64,000 nucleotides of DNA, from the NCBI GenBank assembly GCA_020073205.1, contig JAIQFR010000007.1, positions 4,073 to 68,072 on the forward strand, in the 5' to 3' direction. This document shows positions 25,201 through 32,995 of the stretch, in pieces. The stretch's first letter is position 1; the number at the start of each line of letters is the position of its first letter. The position numbers and the translations under genes were made by a program. The notes under the pieces were generated by a model that did no database searches, had not been told where the DNA came from, and worked only from the letters and a program-made list of their open reading frames with translations. This DNA comes from Terriglobia bacterium. Its GTDB lineage: Bacteria; Acidobacteriota; Polarisedimenticolia; Polarisedimenticolales; JAIQFR01.

Positions 25201-27671
25201 ACGTGGACCCGGCGACGCCCGGAATCCAGGTCAATCCGGGCGACCCGATCACGTACGTCGCGCAGGACCCCGTGGTCAACGGGTACAGCAGCGGCCTCGT
25301 GGATCCTCACGGCGGCGTCATCGCGACCGGCTCGTCGTCGTCGTACGACGTGATCGTCCGCGTCGCCGACCGTGCCGGCAATTCGGCGCAGACGACCGTA
25401 CGGGTCCTAAGCGACTCCGACGGCGACGGTGTGAGGGACGACCTCGACTGCGCGCCGCTGGACCCGAGTGCCTATGCGCCGCCCGGGGAGGTCGCGAACC
25501 TCGGGTTCTCCGACAGAGTCACGATGACGTGGAGCACCGCGGGAGGCGGATCGGGAACGGCGCACGACGTTCTGCGCGGAGGTCTCGGCGCGCTTCCGGT
25601 CGGCCCGGGCGGCAACGACGAGGTCTGCCTCGCCGATTACCTCGCCGCCACCTCGCTGGCGGATGCCACGACTCCCGTCGTCGGGTCCGGGTTCTGGTAC
25701 CTGATACGTGGAGAAAACACGTGCGGCGAGGGAACCTACGGCTACGAGCGCACGGGCGGCGCTCAAGGCGCCGAGCGAACGAGCACGACCTGCCCGCAGG
25801 GTTGCGGGGGAGTCTACTGCGCGGCGGGTCAGCGGTGCGTGAGCGGGAGCTGCGTCTGCGACGCGACGTCATGCCCGAACAGTTGCTGCTCCGGCGGGAC
25901 GTGCGCGACTCCGAGCGTCTCGGCGTGTGGCGGCGGTGGCGGCGCGTGCGTGACCTGCGACCCGATCACGGAGAACTCGTGCGTGAACGGCGTCTGCCAG
26001 TGCGGGTCGGGGCTCGCGTGCTCCGCTGGGCAGCAATGCGTGAACGGCGCATGCGTGTGTAACACGGCGTCGTGTCCGACCGGCTGCTGCTCCGGCACGA
26101 CGTGCACGACGCCGAGTGTGTCGGCCTGTGGCATCGGTGGCGTCGCTTGCTTGGCCTGCGGCGCGGATGCGGACTCGTGCGTTGACGGCGCATGCCAGTG
26201 CGGGTCGGCGCCCGCCTGCGGCGCAGGGCAGCGGTGCTCGAACGGGACCTGCGTGTGCGACTCGGTCTCGTGCCCGAACGGCTGCTGCTCCGGCTCGGTG
26301 TGCACGACTCCGAGCGTCTCGGCTTGCGGCACCGGTGGCGGCGCGTGCGTGACCTGCGACGCGATCACGGCGAACTCGTGCGTCAACGGCGTCTGCCAGT
26401 GCGGATCGGGACCCGCGTGCTCGGCTGGGCAGCAGTGCGTGAACGGGGCGTGCGTGTGCAACGCGACGTCGTGCGCGAGCGGCTGCTGTTCCGGAACGAC
26501 GTGCACGGCGCCGCCGAACCCGTCGGCCTGCGGGATCGGGGGTGCGGCGTGCTTCGATTGCGGCTTGACGGGGGACGCGTGCTTGGGCGGGGTTTGCCGC
26601 TGCGACGGCGGGTCCGCATGCGGATCGGGGCAGCGGTGCTTCAACGGAACCTGCATCTGCGACCCGATTTCCTGCCCGCTCGGCTGCTGCTCCGGCACGA
26701 CATGCGCCACTCCCAGCGCATCGGCCTGCGGCATCGGTGGCGTGGGGTGCGTGAACTGCGGCATGGTCGCGGACTCTTGCGTGGACGGAGTATGCCGCTG
26801 CGATGGCGGGTCCGCCTGCGGGGCGGGGCAGCAGTGCGTGAACGGGGCGTGCGCGTGCAGCGCGACCTCGTGTCCGGCGGGCTGCTGCTCCGGTACGACG
26901 TGCACGGCGCCGCCGGACCCGTCGGCCTGCGGCATCGGGGGTGCGGCGTGCATCGATTGCGGCTTGACGGGGGACGCGTGCGTGGGCGGGGTGTGTCACT
27001 GCGACGGCGGGTCCGCGTGCGGGTCGGGGCAGCGGTGCTTCAACGGAACCTGCATCTGCGACCCGATTTCCTGCCCGCTCGGCTGCTGCTCGGGTACGAC
27101 GTGCACGACGCCGAGCGCTTCGGCCTGCGGCATCGGGGGCGTGGCGTGCCTGGACTGCGGCATGACGGCGGACTCCTGCGTGAACGGTGTGTGCCGCTGC
27201 GATGGCGCGTCCGCATGCGGACCCGAGCAACGGTGCTCGAACGCAACGTGCGTGTGTGACCCGATCTCGTGTCCGAGCGGCTGCTGTCAGGGCACCGTGT
27301 GCCTGCCGGGAACCGGCAACGACGCGTGCGGCACCGGAGGCATTAACTGTGCCGTCTGCACGGGGGGCAGAACCTGCGTCTCCGGATCGTGCCAGTGTCC
27401 AGGCGGCCTCTACTTCTGTCCGGCGGCCGGCGCCTGCATCCCGAATTGCGCCACCTGCACGGGCACGACCTTCGCCTGCGCGTCGGCCCGCACGTGCGTC
27501 AGCTCGTGCAAGGCTTCCTGCGGCGGGCTGGCCAACTGCACCTCGACGGAAAGCTGCGTCCCCCTCTGCGCGAGCTGTCCGTCCTTCGTTCACACGTGCA
27601 CGACGTCGTCGAACATCCAGTGCGTCAACGTCTGCAGCCCCTCGACCTGCCTTGGAGGGACCTGCAACTGA
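22227..27671 (+). CDS. 1814-aa secreted surface protein: N-terminal domain, PKD-like domain, TSP3-like Ca-binding motif plus a conserved ~110-aa module, then eight ~66-aa Cys-rich repeats
   Basis: Signal peptide MKHQRTATKAAVSMFLAAMSVVAASPDRARA. LTLDGSSSDPGHGP (PKD). DSDGDGVRDDLDCAPLD. Repeated CxNGxCxCxxxSCPxGCCSGTTCTxPSxSACGxGGxAC. Confidence 0.7.
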   Translation: MKHQRTATKAAVSMFLAAMSVVAASPDRARADITWADTNQFKGKVVTGFNDEDFIRDRCQGNLPNGYKYLDWEQLPHPGLGFAVAYESDSGFTEFGARFHVAGSNNPQAFDVWVLAVDRTSTGAPPPDGQLEVRMRQYNAAIFGDNALVGIPPVAGSSVAVSVSTYPDACWRYGRIVLQAPVPEANYWFTARWVRSNGSTGINSFDILLESDGVGDGLYLSGDQGFWRRGTSWDFMIVVSQDPTTPVPNENPTARIVAADSVQVNQALTLDGSSSDPGHGPQTCPAQPGGLCADWIETARNVWTLSRPAGSQAVIHTNPNDLSAATLTPDQLGDYDVSLTVNDHWGGVNTASHTVHAMQNPPTVSAPTFKNAADNSPIEAVHEADSGTSIAFCATVGNAGANPVYAWTATARYSDGSTRSTVFSAEASPTKTIAEVSNSANPPLGDNGQWKDTAYDIALTVTNAGGSTTGPVRTFWISQWPKIEFTYGTPEWGVGEDFRFHLPVTVTLWAQRVGLAAGDIPFELRRSDGTHLDQEYASVDLATGHSATYRNLLTLSDKLTWDPDYCATPVPVGPQKVGEETTVRALYMTDANGFTFNSEAIPSQRVAYTDVTVPGYKYAPYTLAYVDYVEGGAHSIEALFASGTFFGAPVAAVLFAAEAIELALWGWDCHEAHHDPPGYDMDFTHIVQVTVPQVNATAAAATTDGARLAMTAVEQGARIASVRTAYGGTFNKLYGAYLAGDTDGILLQSTELLRHAGVIDRETATQAAKVLAAQQAVGLPTEEEVAAFQADVASHGFPAAEIPFMQQLGLTQGDIDSIATQFVGESPSAIAAGVPANIDETLRPVGDFYLKQARSSVPARWVVVAATSPMVDLPVQGTITVDAQALRKEESTPYCMCGPAVITQVAVDGQQLSAVPYPPPPFCPPPPVSPPQAVPVQLNTAALPDGPHTLTVTAQDSMQCAPQNDPREHINSDTIRFYVDNTPPVVQMTSPDVDPATPGIQVNPGDPITYVAQDPVVNGYSSGLVDPHGGVIATGSSSSYDVIVRVADRAGNSAQTTVRVLSDSDGDGVRDDLDCAPLDPSAYAPPGEVANLGFSDRVTMTWSTAGGGSGTAHDVLRGGLGALPVGPGGNDEVCLADYLAATSLADATTPVVGSGFWYLIRGENTCGEGTYGYERTGGAQGAERTSTTCPQGCGGVYCAAGQRCVSGSCVCDATSCPNSCCSGGTCATPSVSACGGGGGACVTCDPITENSCVNGVCQCGSGLACSAGQQCVNGACVCNTASCPTGCCSGTTCTTPSVSACGIGGVACLACGADADSCVDGACQCGSAPACGAGQRCSNGTCVCDSVSCPNGCCSGSVCTTPSVSACGTGGGACVTCDAITANSCVNGVCQCGSGPACSAGQQCVNGACVCNATSCASGCCSGTTCTAPPNPSACGIGGAACFDCGLTGDACLGGVCRCDGGSACGSGQRCFNGTCICDPISCPLGCCSGTTCATPSASACGIGGVGCVNCGMVADSCVDGVCRCDGGSACGAGQQCVNGACACSATSCPAGCCSGTTCTAPPDPSACGIGGAACIDCGLTGDACVGGVCHCDGGSACGSGQRCFNGTCICDPISCPLGCCSGTTCTTPSASACGIGGVACLDCGMTADSCVNGVCRCDGASACGPEQRCSNATCVCDPISCPSGCCQGTVCLPGTGNDACGTGGINCAVCTGGRTCVSGSCQCPGGLYFCPAAGACIPNCATCTGTTFACASARTCVSSCKASCGGLANCTSTESCVPLCASCPSFVHTCTTSSNIQCVNVCSPSTCLGGTCN
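25790..27310 (+). repeat. Tandem repeat of about 198 bp x 8 encoding the Cys-rich modules. Several units are near-identical at DNA level
   Basis: For example TTCAACGGAACCTGCATCTGCGACCCGATTTCCTGCCCGCTCGGCTGCTGCTC occurs at 26641 and again at 27041. Confidence 0.7.
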
Positions 27672-27726
27672 GGGGATCGGTTCCATCACCGGGGTACTCT
27701 CGAGATGGAGCCGCGGGGAGGCCACC

Positions 27727-27969
27727 ATGAGCCGCGTCGCGATCCGGTACTGCACGTACTGAGTTTCCGCCATACAAGCCGCCAGGGTGGCGGCGCGCGT
27801 GCGGAAGGAGCTCGGCCAGGAAGTGAACAAGGTGCCCGGCCGCTACGGGGAGTTCAGGGTCCTCGTGGACGGCGAGGTCGTGGCGGAAGCCGGGGCTCTC
27901 GGCATGCTGGGCGTGCTCCCGTCGGCGGACAGGGTGATCGAGGCGATCCGGGCCAAGCTGGGAAGGTGA
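27727..27969 (+). CDS. SelW/Rdx-family selenoprotein candidate (CxxU, Sec encoded by TGA 27760..27762)
   Basis: ATG 27727: MSRVAIRYCTY-U-VSAIQAARVAARVRKELGQEVNKVPGRYGEFRVLVDGEVVAEAGALGMLGVLPSADRVIEAIRAKLGR. CTYU is the CxxU redox motif. A GCCGCC-agggt-GGCGGC hairpin sits 16 nt after the UGA. Confidence 0.5.
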
Positions 27970-28000
27970 GCTCGGCCCGGTCGATCGGCGGCTCTGACGG

Positions 28001-28474
28001 TCAGCCGCCCTCGACGACGAGGAGCGCCCTCCTGTAGCGAAGCAGGATGCCCAGCGCCCCGACGTTGAGAAGGAGCAGGACCGCTCCGGTGATCGAGGGC
28101 CTCGTCGCCACGTGGTAGGCATCGACGGGAACGAGGAGGACCAGAAGCGCCACCAGGAGGTGGTAGGCCCAGGGCCGTCCGAGGAGGAGGCCGACGGCGC
28201 CGGCCACCTTGAGACCTCCCAGGGCCAGGAGACCGAGGGCGATCCACTCCTTCCCGGCCAGGAGCGCGGGCAGGTGGCGCTCCACGAACACGAAGACGGA
28301 GCCGTTCGGGTCGTGGCGAAGGCCGGTGTTGAGGAGCCGGCCCACGAGCCGGTCGAACCCCGCCGCCGAGAGCGCGAGGATCGTGATTCCCAGCCCCAGC
28401 TCCGCGCCTCCGGTCGCGAGCTTGAACACGACCACGACGCGGCGCCATGACTCGACGCGGTCCGGCTTCGTCAT
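28001..28474 (-). CDS. DoxX-like 4-TM membrane protein (putative)
   Basis: Start at MTKPDRVESWRRVVVVFKLATGGAELGLG. Four hydrophobic segments. Confidence 0.4.
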   Translation of the reverse strand: MTKPDRVESWRRVVVVFKLATGGAELGLGITILALSAAGFDRLVGRLLNTGLRHDPNGSVFVFVERHLPALLAGKEWIALGLLALGGLKVAGAVGLLLGRPWAYHLLVALLVLLVPVDAYHVATRPSITGAVLLLLNVGALGILLRYRRALLVVEGG

Positions 28475-28616
28475 TCCGAGGCGCCCTCCCAGGAATCCTA
28501 CAACGAGACCGGCAACGGAGCGGGATCGACGGGGCACTGTTCCTTCGGAAGCGTCGGGCGTATGCTTTCCTCGAGGAACGTCTTGGTGAGCAACGTCCCC
28601 CGGGGAGGCGCGCGTC

Positions 28617-29075
28617 GTGAATTGCCCCGCGTGTCGCGAGCCGTTGGTGGTGGCCGAGCGCGAAGGGATCGAGCTCGATTGCTGTCCCTGGTGTCACGGG
28701 CTCTGGTTCGACGCCGGAGAGCTGGCCTTGCTGGCGGAGAAGGCGGGCCGAGCGCTCCCGCCGGGCGAGGGCTCAGCAAAGGAGACGACGGACGCCCGCG
28801 AGGCGCGGCGCTTCTGCCCGCGTTGCGACCGCAAGATGGACAAGACGGCCCTCGGGTCCGCGCCGCGGGTCACCCTCGACCGCTGCGGCGCGGGGCACGG
28901 ACTCTGGTTCGATCGGGGAGAGCTGGGCTCGCTCATGGGCCAGCTGGCGGCCAGGCCGGGCTCGCATCCCGAGGCGCTGCTCCGTTTCATGGGCGAGGTT
29001 TTCGGTCCCGGCCCGGGCGCGCCGGCGAGACCCTCGGAATCGAACGTCGCGAACCGTGAGGAGGTGGAACGATGA
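28617..29075 (+). CDS. zf-TFIIB-type double zinc-ribbon protein
   Basis: Two copies of CPxC...L....g...DxC..CxGLWFDxGEL. Confidence 0.55.
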   Translation: MNCPACREPLVVAEREGIELDCCPWCHGLWFDAGELALLAEKAGRALPPGEGSAKETTDAREARRFCPRCDRKMDKTALGSAPRVTLDRCGAGHGLWFDRGELGSLMGQLAARPGSHPEALLRFMGEVFGPGPGAPARPSESNVANREEVER

Positions 29076-29632
29076 TCTTCGTTCTGGCCGTGTTGGTCGT
29101 CATCGTCGTCGTGGCCCTCTGGGTGATGGGCATGTACAACGGCCTCGTCGGCGCCCGCAACGAGGTGAAGAACTCGTGGAGCCAGATCGACGTCCAGCTG
29201 AAGCGCCGCCATGACCTGATCCCCAACCTGGTGGAAGCGGTCAAGGGGTACATGGGCCACGAGCGGGGCACCCTCGAGGCGGTGACCCGAGCCCGCCAGC
29301 AGGCGATCGATCTGACCGGCGGCGGCGTCGAGGAGCGCGCCAAGGTGGAGAACGCGCTGTCGCAGACGCTGCGCTCCCTCTTCGCCGTGGCGGAGGCCTA
29401 CCCCGACCTGAAGGCCAACCAGAACTTCCTGGCGCTGCAGGAGGAGCTCACCTCGACGGAGAACAAGATCGGCTTCGCCCGGCAGTACTACAACGACACG
29501 GCCCTGCGTCTCAACAACAGGATCCAGATGTTCCCCTCCAACATCATCGCCGGCATGTTCAACTTCAGCGCGGAGCATTTCTTCGAGGTCGAGGCGCCGG
29601 AGGACCGCCAGGTCCCGCAGGTGAAGTTCTAG
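29072..29632 (+). CDS. lemA: LemA-family membrane protein
   Basis: N-terminal TM, then YNGLVGARNEVKNSWSQIDVQLKRRHDLIPNLVE, typical of LemA. Confidence 0.85.
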   Translation: MIFVLAVLVVIVVVALWVMGMYNGLVGARNEVKNSWSQIDVQLKRRHDLIPNLVEAVKGYMGHERGTLEAVTRARQQAIDLTGGGVEERAKVENALSQTLRSLFAVAEAYPDLKANQNFLALQEELTSTENKIGFARQYYNDTALRLNNRIQMFPSNIIAGMFNFSAEHFFEVEAPEDRQVPQVKF

Positions 29633-29646
29633 GCGGGGCCCGGCGC

Positions 29647-30855
29647 GTGTGGGAGCTGGTTCGCGCCAATCAACGCCGCGCCGCCACCCTGGTGGTGCTC
29701 ATGGCGGGCCTGCTCCTCCTCGTGGGCTACGCGGTCGGGGAATCGCTGGCCCGGGGGGCGGGAACGGTCGGGCTGTTCGCGGCCTTTCTCGTCTGGATCG
29801 TCCTCACGCTGGTGAGCTACTACTCCGGCGACTCGATCCTCCTTTCGCTCGCCGGGGCCCGCAAGATCGCCAAGCAGGACAACCCCGTGCTCTTCGACGT
29901 CGTGGAGGAGATGTGCATCGCCGCAGGCATCGCCAAGGTTCCCGACGTCTACGTCATCGACGACGCGGCGCCGAACGCGTTTGCAACCGGGCGCGATCCC
30001 GAGCACGCCGCGGTGGCGGTCACCGCCGGGCTCCTGGAGACGCTCGACCGCAACGAGCTGCAGGGGGTCATCGCTCACGAGCTCGGTCACGTCAGGAACC
30101 GCGACGTCCTGTACATGATGATGGTCGGCATCATGATGGGCACCATCGTGCTGCTCGCCGACCTCGGCACCCGCGTGCTGTTCTTCGGCGGAGGACGGCG
30201 GAGGACGTCGTCGCGTGAGGGCGGCCAGGGGCAGCTCGTGATCGCGCTCGTCGCGATCGTCCTCATGATCCTGGCGCCGATCATCGCCCAGCTGATCTAT
30301 CTCGCGGTGTCGCGCCGCCGCGAGTACCTGGCGGACGCCTCCTCGGCCCTCTACACGCGCTACCCCGAGGGGCTGGCGAGCGCCCTCGAGAAGATCTCCC
30401 GCTCGCCGGCCAAGCTGGCGTCGGCGTCGAGGGCCACGGCCCCGATGTACATCGTCAATCCGATGAGCGTCTCGGCTCGCGGCCTCGCCGATCTCACGGC
30501 CACCCACCCGCCGATCACAGAGCGCGTCCGCATCCTCCGTGCGATGGCGGGCGGCGCGGGCCTCGCGCGCTACGACGAGGCGTTCCGCAAGGTGACGGGG
30601 AGGGCGGTGGGCGTGGTCCCGTACGCATCGCTCGAGGCCGCGGCTCACGCCCCCACGGCTCCGGCCGCCCAAGACACGACCGCGCGCCTCGAGAGGGTGC
30701 GGCGGACCACCGACATGCTGTGGCGCCTCAACCGGTACGCCTTCGTCGCCTGCGCCTGCGGGACCACGCTCAAGATCCCTCCGGCCTACCTCGGCCGGGA
30801 GATCGGCTGCCCGCACTGCGGCGCCCCGCATCGCGTGGAGCCACAGGCGGCCTGA
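29647..30855 (+). CDS. htpX: M48-family zinc metalloprotease HtpX with a C-terminal CxxC zinc-ribbon tail
   Basis: HELGHV zinc-binding motif. TM topology. Lies downstream of lemA. Confidence 0.85.
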   Translation: MWELVRANQRRAATLVVLMAGLLLLVGYAVGESLARGAGTVGLFAAFLVWIVLTLVSYYSGDSILLSLAGARKIAKQDNPVLFDVVEEMCIAAGIAKVPDVYVIDDAAPNAFATGRDPEHAAVAVTAGLLETLDRNELQGVIAHELGHVRNRDVLYMMMVGIMMGTIVLLADLGTRVLFFGGGRRRTSSREGGQGQLVIALVAIVLMILAPIIAQLIYLAVSRRREYLADASSALYTRYPEGLASALEKISRSPAKLASASRATAPMYIVNPMSVSARGLADLTATHPPITERVRILRAMAGGAGLARYDEAFRKVTGRAVGVVPYASLEAAAHAPTAPAAQDTTARLERVRRTTDMLWRLNRYAFVACACGTTLKIPPAYLGREIGCPHCGAPHRVEPQAA

Positions 30856-31006
30856 TCCGGCGCGGGACCGGTGGCGGACGGCTTGTGCGCCGCCCGGGTC
30901 GGGGGGTACGCTGGGAGTCATCCGGAAGGTACGTAAGGCGCTTCGGCGTGGCGCGGGCCGCGCTTGAAGCGGTCGAGTCCATTCGGTTCCCGAGGAGGAG
31001 TCTGCC

Positions 31007-32995
31007 ATGGTGATCTGGGGCGCGATGGCGGCCGCGGGGCTGGCGGCGATGGTCGTCTTCCTGGTGCTCCCTTCCCTTCGCACGATCGGCCCGACGCAGG
31101 TCGGACTGGTGGTCAAGCGCTTCTCCTTCAAGAGGCTCTCGAACGACAGTCCGATCGCCTTCGAGGGGGAAGCGGGCTATCAGGCCGATCTGCTCATGCC
31201 CGGCCTCCGCTTCAAGTTCTGGGTGCTCTACAGGGTCGAGAAGCACTCGTGGGTCCAGGTGCCCGCGGGGGAGATCGGCGTGGTCATCTCGCAGGTCGGC
31301 GGACCGCTGCCGATCGGCGCGAAGTCCGCCGTCTACAAGCCGGCCTTCGCGAACTTCTCGGACCTGCGCCGGTTCGTGGCGGAGGGCGGGCAGAAGGGCG
31401 TCCAGAGGCCGGTCCTGCCGCCGGGATCGCTCGTGCCGATCCACCCGGTGGCCTTCCTGGTGATCACCAAGGCTCGGGTCTACGGCGTATCGGCGTCTCC
31501 CGACCTGCGCCGCCTCTCGGACCGGGAGGGGCGCCTCGCGCCGGCGTCGTTCGGCTTGAAGCCGGAACAGCTCGACCTCGTCCGGATCGTGCCGCGGCCC
31601 GGCGGCTCCGAGGGGCACGTGGGCGATACCGTCGGGATCGTCACCACGTTCGAGGGGGACCCGCTCTCGGCGGGGGACATCGCCAGCCGCCTCGGGGGGT
31701 TCGCGGACCTCGAGGAGCGCGAGAAGGGGGCCGGCAGCGACCCGGAGCTGATCGAGACGATCCTCGGCAGCAAGAACCAGCAGCACAACAACTACCAAGA
31801 CTTCCAGGCGTTCCTCGATCGGGGCGGGAAGATCGGCCTGCAGCACGATCCGCTCCTCTACGGCGCGTACGCGCTCAACCCGTTCCTCGTGTCGGTCGAG
31901 GTCGTGCCGATGCTCGTCGTCAAGCAGGGGGAGGTGGCGGTCATCAAGGCCTACGTCGGCCTCGTGACCGAGGACACGTCCGGAGCGGAGTTCAAGTTCG
32001 GCTCTCTCGTCCGGCCCGGTCACCGCGGGGTGTGGCAGGAGCCGCTGCGCACCGGCAAGTACCCGATCAACCCGCGCTGCTACGAGGCGGAGATCGTCCC
32101 GACGGCGATCCTGACCCTGAACTGGGCGGATGCGGTCTCGCAGGCGCACAACCTCGACGCGCAGCTGCAGCAGATCGTGGCGAAATCGCGGGAAGGGTTC
32201 ATCTTCCGCATCGACCTGCAGGTGCAGATCCACGTCCCGGACACCAAGGCGCCCCGGGTGATCTCGATGGTCGGGACGATGCGCAACCTGGTGAGCGAGG
32301 TCCTCCAGTCGGCGGTGGGCAACCACTTCCGCGACAAGCTGCAGAGCATGCCGGCGATCAAGTTCATCGAGACGCGCCAGCAGGTGCAGGAGGAGGCGTT
32401 CACCCACATCAAGTCGCAGCTCGACCAGTACCAGGTCGAGACGAGAGGGGTCTACATCCAGGACGTCATCCTGCCGGAGGACCTCGTGCGGGTCCTGACG
32501 GAGCGCGAGATCGCCAACCAGGAGATCGAGACGTTCCGCCGCCAGGAGCAGGCCCAGGACCAGCGGGTGGACATGGAGCACGCGAAGGGGACGGCCGACA
32601 TGCAGGCCGAGCTGGCGAAATCGAAGGTCGGCGTGGACATCAAGACCAACAACGCCGAGGCCCGGAAGGCCGAGGCCGAGGGCGAGGCGACGTACATCCG
32701 GGAAACCGGCGCGGCGAAGGGAGCGGAGGTCGAGGCGGTGGGACTGGCCCGGGCGAAGGGGTACGAGGCGCAGGTCGCGGCGCTGGGCGCGGGGTCCACC
32801 GCGGCGGTCAACATCGCGACGGCGATCGCGCAGAGCGGGGTCCGGTTCGTCCCGGAGGTGCTCGTCGCGGGAGGAGGCGGGGGCGGCGTCGAAGGGCTCG
32901 CCGCCGCGCTCATGAGGACCCTGGGCCTTCCCGGCGGGCGCGACGCCGGAGGCGCCGCGGCCGGCGACGGGAAGGGCGCGAACGCTCAGCGGTAG
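31007..32995 (+). CDS. Flotillin-like SPFH/Band-7 protein
   Basis: N-terminal TM, SPFH domain and long EA-rich coiled coil (EARKAEAEGEATYIRETGAAKGAEVEAVGLARAKGYEAQVAALGAG). Confidence 0.8.
   Translation: MVIWGAMAAAGLAAMVVFLVLPSLRTIGPTQVGLVVKRFSFKRLSNDSPIAFEGEAGYQADLLMPGLRFKFWVLYRVEKHSWVQVPAGEIGVVISQVGGPLPIGAKSAVYKPAFANFSDLRRFVAEGGQKGVQRPVLPPGSLVPIHPVAFLVITKARVYGVSASPDLRRLSDREGRLAPASFGLKPEQLDLVRIVPRPGGSEGHVGDTVGIVTTFEGDPLSAGDIASRLGGFADLEEREKGAGSDPELIETILGSKNQQHNNYQDFQAFLDRGGKIGLQHDPLLYGAYALNPFLVSVEVVPMLVVKQGEVAVIKAYVGLVTEDTSGAEFKFGSLVRPGHRGVWQEPLRTGKYPINPRCYEAEIVPTAILTLNWADAVSQAHNLDAQLQQIVAKSREGFIFRIDLQVQIHVPDTKAPRVISMVGTMRNLVSEVLQSAVGNHFRDKLQSMPAIKFIETRQQVQEEAFTHIKSQLDQYQVETRGVYIQDVILPEDLVRVLTEREIANQEIETFRRQEQAQDQRVDMEHAKGTADMQAELAKSKVGVDIKTNNAEARKAEAEGEATYIRETGAAKGAEVEAVGLARAKGYEAQVAALGAGSTAAVNIATAIAQSGVRFVPEVLVAGGGGGGVEGLAAALMRTLGLPGGRDAGGAAAGDGKGANAQR

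Noticed and set aside
23028-27830. ORFs 23028..25310 (-), 23573..26062 (+), 25869..27830 (-) and 26192..27259 (+) inside the 1814-aa gene
   Set aside because: Overlap a coherent signal-peptide / PKD / Cys-repeat reading frame. Their translations are low-complexity.
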